Part shown: positions 7,743-15,178 of the stretch, piece by piece
How positions within the stretch are numbered: the first letter of the stretch is position 1
How the letters are laid out: the number at the start of each line of letters is the position of its first letter
NCBI GenBank assembly: GCA_034722955.1
Contig: JAYEOM010000054.1
Span: forward strand, 1-15,178
Reading direction: 5' to 3'
DNA: 15,178 nucleotides
Origin: Campylobacterota bacterium
GTDB taxonomy: Bacteria > Campylobacterota > Campylobacteria > Campylobacterales > Sulfurovaceae
Program-made: the position numbers and the translations under genes
Notes under the pieces: generated by a model
Database searches by the model: none
Told to the model about the DNA's origin: nothing
What the model saw: the letters and a program-made list of their open reading frames with translations, nothing else

Positions 7743-8366
7743 CTAATTGATACTCCCCAAAGCTTCTCGGCAGAGTCTTGTGATATCTGCAAATCTCCCC
7801 TCTCTTATGGTCTGTTTGGGTACTATCCAGGTACCGCCTACACATAGGACATTGTCTAGAGCCAAAAACTCATTTAGATTGCTTAGTTTGACACCGCCTG
7901 TTGGGCAGAAACGCATCGAAGGGAATGGACCGCCGAAGGCTTTGAGAGCGTCTACTCCCCCTGCTATAGTGGCAGGGAATAGTTTGCAGTGGGTAAATCC
8001 ACTATTTTGAGCCATCATCACCTCTGAGGCAGTGGCTACTCCAGGGATGAGAGCTATATTTTGGTCAGCTGAATAGTGCATCAACTCTCGGGTGATGCCT
8101 GGGCTAAAGACGAACTGTGATCCACTATCTACTGCCTGCACAAAGCTCTCTGCGTGGACAACAGTACCGGCACCTACACTCATCTCCGGCATAGATCTGG
8201 CTATAGCCTCTATCGACTTGAGACCGGCATCTGTGCGTAGGGTGATCTCCATCACCTCTATACCGCCCTCTAGCAGTGCTTCGGCTAGAGGTAGGGCATC
8301 CTCTACTCTCTCTAGTGCTATCACTGGAACTATGGGTGATATACTCATCACATCTTGGCTCGTCAT
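7743..8366 (-). CDS. eda: KDPG/KHG aldolase
   Basis: Motifs EITLRT, VGAGTV, FVFSPG, KLFPA (Schiff-base Lys), FCPTGGV and VGGTW. ATGA overlap with the edd stop. Confidence 0.97.
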   Translation of the reverse strand: MTSQDVMSISPIVPVIALERVEDALPLAEALLEGGIEVMEITLRTDAGLKSIEAIARSMPEMSVGAGTVVHAESFVQAVDSGSQFVFSPGITRELMHYSADQNIALIPGVATASEVMMAQNSGFTHCKLFPATIAGGVDALKAFGGPFPSMRFCPTGGVKLSNLNEFLALDNVLCVGGTWIVPKQTIREGRFADITRLCREALGSIN

Positions 8367-10192
8367 GCTCTCTCCTCTCCACTAGGATCAAATATGGAGG
8401 CTCCCTCTTCGGCACTGCCTACAGCAGCACGCGTAGAGACGAATAGTTCACGACCAAAACCGTGTCTATTGGTGGATAGATCAGGCTTGTGAAGCTTTCG
8501 CTGAGCCAAGAGTTCACTATCTACCAGCAGCTCTATGAGGCCATTTTTGACATCAAGTCTGATGCTATCGCCATCCTCTATATTTGCCAACACTCCACCA
8601 CTCATAGCTTCAGGGGTCATATGGATAGCAGATGGTACTTTGCCTGATGCTCCAGACATCCTGCCATCTGTGATGATCGCAACTTGGTATCCTCTCTCTT
8701 GCAAGACACCTAGTGCAGGCATCAAGCCATGCAGCTCTGGCATTCCGTTGGCTTTTGGTCCTTGATAGCGAACTACTGCTATAAAATCCCTCTCCAGCTC
8801 ACCGCGCCCAAAGGCACTCTGCAGTGCCTCTTGGGACTCAAATACTATAGCATCTGCCTCTATCAGGAGATGCTCCTCTTTGAGTGCTGATGTTTTGATG
8901 ACACTTCGTCCTATGTTGCCATCTAGCAGTTTCAGCCCACCCTCAGGACTAAAAGGTGCATCTATAGAGGAGACAACCGCCTCATTTCGTGAAGTCTCTG
9001 CACCCATCTCAAAGTGTAGTTTTCCACCTTTGAGTGTAGGTTCTGTAACATAACGATCCAACCCTCTGCCTACTACTGTCTCTACATCTCTGTGGAGTAG
9101 TCCTGCGTTTAGGAGTTGATGGATGACGACACTCATACCGCCTGCCTCTCTGAAGTAGTTGACATCAGCTTTTCCATTGGGGTACATTTTGCATAGTAGC
9201 GGTATGACTTTGGAGAGAGCATCGAAATCATTCCAAGTCAGTATGATCCCTGCTGCTCTTGCCATAGCGATGAGATGAATAGTGTGATTGGTAGAGCCTC
9301 CTGTCGCCATCAGCCCTATGATCGCATTGACGAAGCTTCTCTCATCTATGATCTCGGCTATAGGCTTGTAGGTGCCTAGGATATCTGTCATACTTAGGAT
9401 AGTTTTGGCTGCCTCCTCTGTCAATGCCTCTCTCAGTGGAGTGTTGGTATTGACAAAAGAGCTATTTGGCAGCTGTAGACCCATCATCTCCAAGAGCATT
9501 TGATTTGAGTTTGCTGTACCATAAAAGGTACAAGTCCCACTGCTGTGGTATGAGGCTGACTCCACTTTGAGTAGAGCATCTTCAGTTACATTGCCTTTGG
9601 CAAACTCTTGACGGACTTTGGCTTTTTCTATGTTGCTGATACCAGAAGGCATAGGACCGGCAGGCACAAACATCCCCGGAAGATGACCAAAAGAGAGTGC
9701 ACCTATCAGCAATCCCGGTACGATCTTGTCGCAAACACCCAGATAGAGTGCACCATCGAAAACATTGTGAGATAGTCCTATAGCTGTACCCATAGCTATG
9801 TTGTCACGGCTGAATAGACTCAGCTCCATCCCCGGCTGAGACTGGGTGACACCATCACACATCGCAGGCACACTACCGGCCACTTGAGAGGTAGCTCCCT
9901 CTTCGAGCAGTCTTCGTTTGATGAGTGATGGATATAGCTTGTATGGTTCATGAGCTGAGAGCATATCGTTGTATGATGTTATGATGGCGATATTTGGCTT
10001 CTCCATAGTAGCTATAGAGTCCTTCTCGTGGCTATTCATAGGAGCCATCGCATGAGCTAAGTTGCTGCATCCTAGTTTTTCACGATTGACACCGTGTGCT
10101 TTCGCCTCTTCGATTCGCTGGAGGTATATCTCTCTACTATCTTTTGATCTCTCTACTATCTTTTGTGTTACGCTTTTTATTACACTGTTCAT
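8363..10192 (-). CDS. edd: Phosphogluconate dehydratase
   Basis: 609 aa. Motifs CSNLAH, YNDMLSAHEP, AMCDGVTQ, CDKIVPG, GTCTFYGTANSNQM, GGSTNH, GMPELH and TDGRMSGASG. Confidence 0.98.
   Translation of the reverse strand: MNSVIKSVTQKIVERSKDSREIYLQRIEEAKAHGVNREKLGCSNLAHAMAPMNSHEKDSIATMEKPNIAIITSYNDMLSAHEPYKLYPSLIKRRLLEEGATSQVAGSVPAMCDGVTQSQPGMELSLFSRDNIAMGTAIGLSHNVFDGALYLGVCDKIVPGLLIGALSFGHLPGMFVPAGPMPSGISNIEKAKVRQEFAKGNVTEDALLKVESASYHSSGTCTFYGTANSNQMLLEMMGLQLPNSSFVNTNTPLREALTEEAAKTILSMTDILGTYKPIAEIIDERSFVNAIIGLMATGGSTNHTIHLIAMARAAGIILTWNDFDALSKVIPLLCKMYPNGKADVNYFREAGGMSVVIHQLLNAGLLHRDVETVVGRGLDRYVTEPTLKGGKLHFEMGAETSRNEAVVSSIDAPFSPEGGLKLLDGNIGRSVIKTSALKEEHLLIEADAIVFESQEALQSAFGRGELERDFIAVVRYQGPKANGMPELHGLMPALGVLQERGYQVAIITDGRMSGASGKVPSAIHMTPEAMSGGVLANIEDGDSIRLDVKNGLIELLVDSELLAQRKLHKPDLSTNRHGFGRELFVSTRAAVGSAEEGASIFDPSGEERA
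10128..10165. repeat. Perfect 19-bp tandem direct repeat inside the edd 5' end
   Basis: ATCTCTCTACTATCTTTTG at 10128-10146 and at 10147-10165. Confidence 0.95.
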
Positions 10193-10226
10193 CTCTCATG
10201 CGCCTCTGGTTTTATCATATATCTTA

Positions 10227-11702
10227 TCAAAGCTCATCATGCCAACTCCTGCCATCTCTCTCTATCAGTGCTATAGCGGCACTTGGTCCATCACTGCCTG
10301 CACTGTAGCTCTTCATAGGTACTATATTTTCTGCCCAGCCATCCAGTATAGTATCGGCCCATTTCCAAGCAGCTTCAACCTCATCTAGACGCATAAAGAG
10401 TGTCGGATTGGAGCGGATCACATCAAGTATCAGCCTCTCATACGCTTCAGGTTTACGCTCCGTATCCAAGGGAGCATTCAGCTCTAGATCGACTTGCTGT
10501 AGACGCATCTGTTCAGATAACCCCGGTATCTTATTCATGAGCTTGAGCTTGATGCTCTCGTTTGGTTGTAGGGATATGACTAGTGAATTTTGGGATATAC
10601 AGCGTCCTTTGTTGGCAAATATAGAGTGGGGGATAGTCTTGAAGTTGATGACGATCTCTGAGTTTCTCTCTCTCATCCTCTTTCCGCTTCTGATATAAAA
10701 CGGTACACCATTCCATCGCCAATTGTCTATATCTACACGGATAGCTGCGTATGTCTCTGTATCACTATCCTCTACACCGTTGCCCTCTTTATATCCGGGT
10801 ACGGCTGCACCATCACTAGAGCCTTTTGCATATTGTGCTCTTACTGTTTTCTGCTCTATATCTATAGCTGTCATATGACGCAGTGATCTGAGTACTTTGA
10901 CCTTCTCATCACGCACACTATCCGCATCTAGCGAACAGGGCGGCTCCATCGCTACTAGACATAGCAGCTGCATCAAGTGGTTTTGGATCATGTCACGCAT
11001 AGCACCATAATCATCATAATAGCCCCAGCGTCCTTCGACACCTACACTCTCTGCGACAGTTATCTGTACATGGTCTATATTGCTAGCATCCCAAAGTGGC
11101 ATAAAAAATCGGTTGGAGAAACGCAGTGCCATGATATTTTGAACTGTATCTTTGCCTAGATAGTGATCTATACGGTAGATCTGAGACTCTGTAAAGTATC
11201 TCAATACTTCATCATTGATCTTGCGAGAAGAGTCCAAGTCACGCCCGATAGGCTTCTCTAGTACTACACGACTACTGTCTATCACAAGATCCAAGTGATT
11301 GAGTGCTTTGCATATACTGCCAAAGAAATCCGGTGAAGTTGAGAGATAGTTGATCCTATCACGATCAGGATACTCCTCTAGCATGGTTTTGAGTTGGCTA
11401 TAACTCTCTTCATCCTCCAGATCTACCTTGACTACAAAGAGCTGTTCGCAAAATGCTTCAAACTTCGACTCATCAAGGAACTCTTCTGCCAAGAACTCTA
11501 GCATCTTGCTCTTGACTAGTGCTATATGCTCTAGCCTTGTCATATCTCGTCTAGTGACTGTAATGATACGACTCTGATGGTTTAGATAACCGTTGTTGTT
11601 GAGGTGGTATAGTGCCGGCATCAGTTTTCTAAATGCCAAATCACCATGCCCGCCAAAGATAACTATATCACACAAATTTTCTGTTTCACTCATCTGTTTC
11701 AC
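10227..11702 (-). CDS. zwf: Glucose-6-phosphate 1-dehydrogenase (start is either GTG 11702 or ATG 11693)
   Basis: Motifs GGHGDLA (GxxGDL), EKPIG, RIDHYLGK, RDMIQNHLMQ, RWNGVPFYIRSGK and AYERL. Confidence 0.98.
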   Translation of the reverse strand: MKQMSETENLCDIVIFGGHGDLAFRKLMPALYHLNNNGYLNHQSRIITVTRRDMTRLEHIALVKSKMLEFLAEEFLDESKFEAFCEQLFVVKVDLEDEESYSQLKTMLEEYPDRDRINYLSTSPDFFGSICKALNHLDLVIDSSRVVLEKPIGRDLDSSRKINDEVLRYFTESQIYRIDHYLGKDTVQNIMALRFSNRFFMPLWDASNIDHVQITVAESVGVEGRWGYYDDYGAMRDMIQNHLMQLLCLVAMEPPCSLDADSVRDEKVKVLRSLRHMTAIDIEQKTVRAQYAKGSSDGAAVPGYKEGNGVEDSDTETYAAIRVDIDNWRWNGVPFYIRSGKRMRERNSEIVINFKTIPHSIFANKGRCISQNSLVISLQPNESIKLKLMNKIPGLSEQMRLQQVDLELNAPLDTERKPEAYERLILDVIRSNPTLFMRLDEVEAAWKWADTILDGWAENIVPMKSYSAGSDGPSAAIALIERDGRSWHDEL

Positions 11703-11709
11703 TTTTATA

Positions 11710-11746
11710 AGAGTTTTTGCAAAATATAGGGTTTTGCAAAAACTCT
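11710..11746. repeat. 15-bp perfect inverted repeat in the zwf leader
   Basis: AGAGTTTTTGCAAAA-tataggg-TTTTGCAAAAACTCT. Confidence 0.9.
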
Positions 11747-11762
11747 ATAGAATTTTTGTCGC

Positions 11763-11768
11763 ATTGTA
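11763..11768 (-). promoter_or_regulatory. Candidate sigma70 -10 box (TACAAT) for zwf-edd-eda
   Basis: The minus strand reads gcgaTACAATgcg about 60 nt upstream of zwf. Confidence 0.4.
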
Positions 11769-11841
11769 TCGCGTTGAAATTAAAACAGGATTATTGATGA
11801 AGTCGATACCCCCAAAGAGGGGCTTAGTGCAAAGGGTAGCC

Positions 11842-13041
11842 TTAGAAACGAGTTACTGTTTTTAAGAGGAGATACTCTTTTAGGAAAAATTCATCTGTGA
11901 CACCGATCTTTTTCGCCATATCTGCATTGATAAGTCTATAGGTGAAAGTATATCTTGCTCCGTCAGCTCCTTCGGGGATAGAGAATGTATAAGTATTTGT
12001 ACTCTTTCCCTCGATCCTGGTATCACTGATCATCGATTTTGCTAAGTGTGGTATAGTCAATTTCCCCCATTTGTCTCTCCATGATGTACCAAAGAGTCTA
12101 CTATCCTCGCTGATAAATCTACTCTCTTTATCAAAAAACTTGACAGTTAGAGTGATCTCTCTGAGACCATAGCCTGTTGGGATACTATGGGGTGCTTTAT
12201 TGTAGAGGGTGATTACAAAGTTATCTTTTTGCCTCTCACCTTTGATATCTACCTGTTTGACAAATATATCACTATTGTCTACACTGGAAAAACGGTGATC
12301 TCTTACCATCCGTTCTCTTGGTTGTTTACCATCTATAGGGAAGTTAGAGGCTACTCCCAGCTTTTTTTCACTCATATGACAACTTTTGCACCCCTCTTGA
12401 GCTTCACTATCTTTAGTTTTATCATACTCTTTGCCTGTAGCATAAACCTCTATACCGTGACTGTTTTTTGTACTGTAGTGACAAGCAAAACAGAGTGTGG
12501 GATTGTTGTCAGTAAAGTGTGCTCGCTGTGCTGTCTTGTGATAGGGAGATTTGGCATCATCTAGTGGACCAAACATAGTTCCCTGTTCTCCAAATTTGAC
12601 ACTATGTAAACCCCCTGAACTGGTATTTTTATCCCGATGCACCTCATCTACATTGTGACATACTATACAGTTGATACCATTTTTCATATGTTCAGCATTG
12701 AGTGCTTTGGTATATTTGGCTTGCTGCTCTGTGATACCTAAAGCAACCAAAATCTTATCTTCACTTTTCATATATTTTTTTGTAATTCTTGGATTGTGAC
12801 ATTTTGCACAGCTGATTTTGACCTCATCTAGGATCAAGTGGGGAGAGTTCTCCACAATATACTCAATAGATTTTTTATAGAGATCATTTTTGCTAAAGTG
12901 TGAGTTTGAGTGTCTTGATGTCTCCCATGTTTTTGATATAGTCAGATGACACCCCTCACAGTTTTTATTGGATGTCCATTTTTTATCTATCCCTGCAGAG
13001 AGTATCCCCACCAACATCACACTCATAACTATCCATCTCAT
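11842..13041 (-). CDS. Periplasmic multiheme (5 CxxCH) c-type cytochrome, cytochrome c554-like N-terminus
   Basis: Signal peptide, then CEGCH, CAKCH, CIVCH, CFACH and CKSCH. W..S.H follows the first heme motif. Heme-free C-terminal beta domain with HSIPTG. Confidence 0.92.
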   Translation of the reverse strand: MRWIVMSVMLVGILSAGIDKKWTSNKNCEGCHLTISKTWETSRHSNSHFSKNDLYKKSIEYIVENSPHLILDEVKISCAKCHNPRITKKYMKSEDKILVALGITEQQAKYTKALNAEHMKNGINCIVCHNVDEVHRDKNTSSGGLHSVKFGEQGTMFGPLDDAKSPYHKTAQRAHFTDNNPTLCFACHYSTKNSHGIEVYATGKEYDKTKDSEAQEGCKSCHMSEKKLGVASNFPIDGKQPRERMVRDHRFSSVDNSDIFVKQVDIKGERQKDNFVITLYNKAPHSIPTGYGLREITLTVKFFDKESRFISEDSRLFGTSWRDKWGKLTIPHLAKSMISDTRIEGKSTNTYTFSIPEGADGARYTFTYRLINADMAKKIGVTDEFFLKEYLLLKTVTRF

Positions 13042-13071
13042 CTGTTGTCCTTTTTGTTTACTATTGCAAAA

Positions 13072-14475
13072 TCAATTTTTCTCATCTTCTCTCTCCTTTG
13101 CTGTGCCGGAAGGGCTCACAAACTGATCATTGAGTTTTTGGATTGATGCTCTGCTATCTGTCATGATCTCGTCTAGTTTTGCTTTTGATCGTTTGTTCCA
13201 CCCCTTTCGATTAAAAGAGAACATAGAGTTCCACCATCTTGTATTGTGAGTGATCGCCTTTGAGACAGCATAATCCTCATCTTCCCAATGCCTAGCCAAT
13301 CGGCGTGCAAAAAATCCGCGTATCTTCAAGTGAATACCAAAAAGTATTACAACTGCTACAGCTGAAGTGACTATGATGCTTGTTTGTGAATCAAAGAGAG
13401 AGTCAAAAGCATTAAACTTCAACTGCAACATACCTGACAAGACTGCCAATATGGTAAAGAGTATCAGATCACTCCATAGAACTTTGCGATTCCAGCTCTG
13501 TAGTGCCTGTTGCAGTAGATGGAGTTTTGTCTCTTTCATCTCTTTGGCAAAATCTTCGAGTGATTTGATGATACGGTATGCTCTTTCGATACCAACCTTA
13601 TCCATACGATCCATGATGGCAGCCAAGTCAGTATCTTTTTTGCCTTTAAGTCTATCCGAAAGTGCTTTGTCCTCTATAGGTACAGCAGAGCCTTCATTGT
13701 AAATAGCATAAAAGTTTCCTGATATCAGCCCCTCTTTGGAGAGTGCTCTTTGCCAAGATCCTATCACATCTTCGAGGTTATCCTCTTTGGCAGTGGTGTC
13801 TATCTGGTTGAGTATATAGAGTGCTTTGTTGGCATCTCTATGTCTGATAGTTGTCGCAACGAGATGCTCTAGCGTATCACGCATCGCACCTGGTTCAGGG
13901 TGACGCGCATCAAAAAAGATGAGAACTAGATCTGACATCTCTACTATATGGTTGGTCATACGCAATATACCATCCCTCTGACTATCTGCATCAAACCCTG
14001 GGGAGTCTATCAGGATCTTGCCTTTGAGTCTCTTGGATTTGAGTGTCTTGAGCTGCAGGTAGAGATTGACACGATTGCCTTCGCCGGGGTCTACTCTATT
14101 GACCTCTTCACTGATATTGTAAAAAGGAAAACGAGGATCGGCATCGAGTGCCAACCCTGGCAGAGTAACTGGCTCTCCATTTTTACCATAACATATAACG
14201 GTAAATTTATCATCTATAGCTTGATTGCCACTCTGTTGAATATTTGCACCTACATAGTCGTTGATAAAGGTCGATTTTCCAGCAGAAAATGTTCCCAATA
14301 TAGAGATCATTGGCCACCAAGAGATATGACTAGTGTAGGTCTCATCAGGTGTAATGAACCCTATAGAGTGTCCGATTTTGTCTAGTGCTTCATATCTGCT
14401 GATTACATCCAAGAGAACAGGATTCTCTGCTGAAAGGTACTCTTTGAGTTTTTTATATCGTTCTTGTGGCATCAT
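13072..14475 (-). CDS. Dynamin-superfamily P-loop NTPase, EHD-like, with a C-terminal transmembrane hairpin
   Basis: G1 GTFSAGKS, G3 DSPG and G4-like NQID. EHD-like segment DKFTVICYG...LPGLAL..DPRFPF. Two hydrophobic helices near the C-terminus. Confidence 0.85.
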   Translation of the reverse strand: MMPQERYKKLKEYLSAENPVLLDVISRYEALDKIGHSIGFITPDETYTSHISWWPMISILGTFSAGKSTFINDYVGANIQQSGNQAIDDKFTVICYGKNGEPVTLPGLALDADPRFPFYNISEEVNRVDPGEGNRVNLYLQLKTLKSKRLKGKILIDSPGFDADSQRDGILRMTNHIVEMSDLVLIFFDARHPEPGAMRDTLEHLVATTIRHRDANKALYILNQIDTTAKEDNLEDVIGSWQRALSKEGLISGNFYAIYNEGSAVPIEDKALSDRLKGKKDTDLAAIMDRMDKVGIERAYRIIKSLEDFAKEMKETKLHLLQQALQSWNRKVLWSDLILFTILAVLSGMLQLKFNAFDSLFDSQTSIIVTSAVAVVILFGIHLKIRGFFARRLARHWEDEDYAVSKAITHNTRWWNSMFSFNRKGWNKRSKAKLDEIMTDSRASIQKLNDQFVSPSGTAKEREDEKN

Positions 14476-14519
14476 ATACTATATCCTTCTTGCACCATAA
14501 ATTGCGAATCTCAATGACT

Positions 14520-14575
14520 ATTGTACCTTATTGATTTTAGAATACTCCTATTTTAAAACTCTAATTGGATATAAT
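14520..14575. promoter_or_regulatory. Divergent promoter region: TACAAT (minus, 14520-14525) for the NTPase gene and TATAAT (plus, 14570-14575) for trpB
   Basis: Consensus-like -10 hexamers at plausible distances from both start codons in an AT-rich spacer. Confidence 0.55.
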
Positions 14576-14594
14576 CTCATAAAAAGATATATCA

Positions 14595-15178
14595 ATGAAC
14601 CAATCCTACAATCCCCAGACAGATATCTACATCCCGACACCAAGCCCCAATGACCCCGATGAACTAGGTCATTTTGGTATTTTTGGTGGACGATTTGTCC
14701 CTGAGACACTGATGCCTACACTCGAACAGCTGCGACTTGACTATGAATCAGTTCGTTTTGACAAAGAGTTCTGGACAGAGGTGGACTACTACTATAAGAG
14801 CTATGTAGGTCGTCCATCGGCTCTATACTTTGCCGAAAATCTCAGTAGAGAGCTAAATGCCAAGATCTATCTCAAACGAGAAGATCTCAACCACACTGGA
14901 GCACACAAGATCAACCACACAGTTGCTCAAGCCATCCTAGCCAAACGACTAGGCAAAAAAAAGATCATAGCAGAGACAGGAGCAGGACAACACGGTGTAG
15001 CTACTGCTACTGTCGCAGCTCTATTTGGACTGGAGTGTGAAGTCTTTATGGGTGCCAAGGATGTAGATCGCCAAGAGCTCAATGTCTTTCGCATGAAACT
15101 GCTAGGAGCCAAAGTACACGCAGTAGAGTCGGGCAGTCGTACACTCAAGGATGCGATGAATGATGCCATACGCCACTG
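14595..15178 (+). CDS. trpB: Tryptophan synthase beta chain (5' part, runs off the window end)
   Basis: Manual translation from ATG 14595 gives [82 protein letters not shown]. It includes the PLP-binding Lys motif. Confidence 0.97.
   Translation, partial: MNQSYNPQTDIYIPTPSPNDPDELGHFGIFGGRFVPETLMPTLEQLRLDYESVRFDKEFWTEVDYYYKSYVGRPSALYFAENLSRELNAKIYLKREDLNHTGAHKINHTVAQAILAKRLGKKKIIAETGAGQHGVATATVAALFGLECEVFMGAKDVDRQELNVFRMKLLGAKVHAVESGSRTLKDAMNDAIRH

Noticed and set aside
7747..14385. Shadow ORFs over eda, edd, zwf, the cytochrome and the NTPase
   Set aside because: They overlap conserved genes in other frames or strands and lack independent coding signals.
14895..14920. TrpB motif reads HKINH rather than the more common HKINN
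   Set aside because: The catalytic Lys is intact and this position varies among TrpB proteins, so there is no evidence of altered function.
14927..15169. Minus-strand 80-aa ORF
   Set aside because: It is antisense to the clearly conserved trpB frame.
1..15178. CRISPR array, tRNA, rRNA, integrase or transposase
   Set aside because: I saw no regularly spaced repeats, cloverleaf structures or recombinase motifs, and the intergenic spaces are short.

Overview
Bacterial genomic DNA. Gene content, TrpB/porin sequence style and promoter shapes suggest Campylobacterota, probably Sulfurovum-like (inference). Ten genes lie on the minus strand. An AT-rich block (30-7504) encodes two exported NarX/PilJ-like four-helix-bundle proteins, a hybrid histidine kinase with a degenerate NIT-like sensor and three receiver-like domains, an OprD-type porin, and a membrane-anchored stand-alone Hpt protein. 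A more GC-rich zwf-edd-eda Entner-Doudoroff operon follows, with no pgl or glk in the window. Next come a pentaheme c-type cytochrome and an EHD-like dynamin-family NTPase. A divergent trpB on the plus strand runs off the window end and is missing from the ORF track. The main leads are: (1) a possibly split nitrate/nitrite-sensing phosphorelay; (2) two stem-loops flanking the porin that expose anti-Shine-Dalgarno loops, one matching the porin RBS over 10 nt; (3) a perfect 19-bp tandem repeat inside edd that does not alter the protein register; (4) a 15-bp perfect inverted repeat in the zwf leader. I found no CRISPR array, tRNA, rRNA or transposase.
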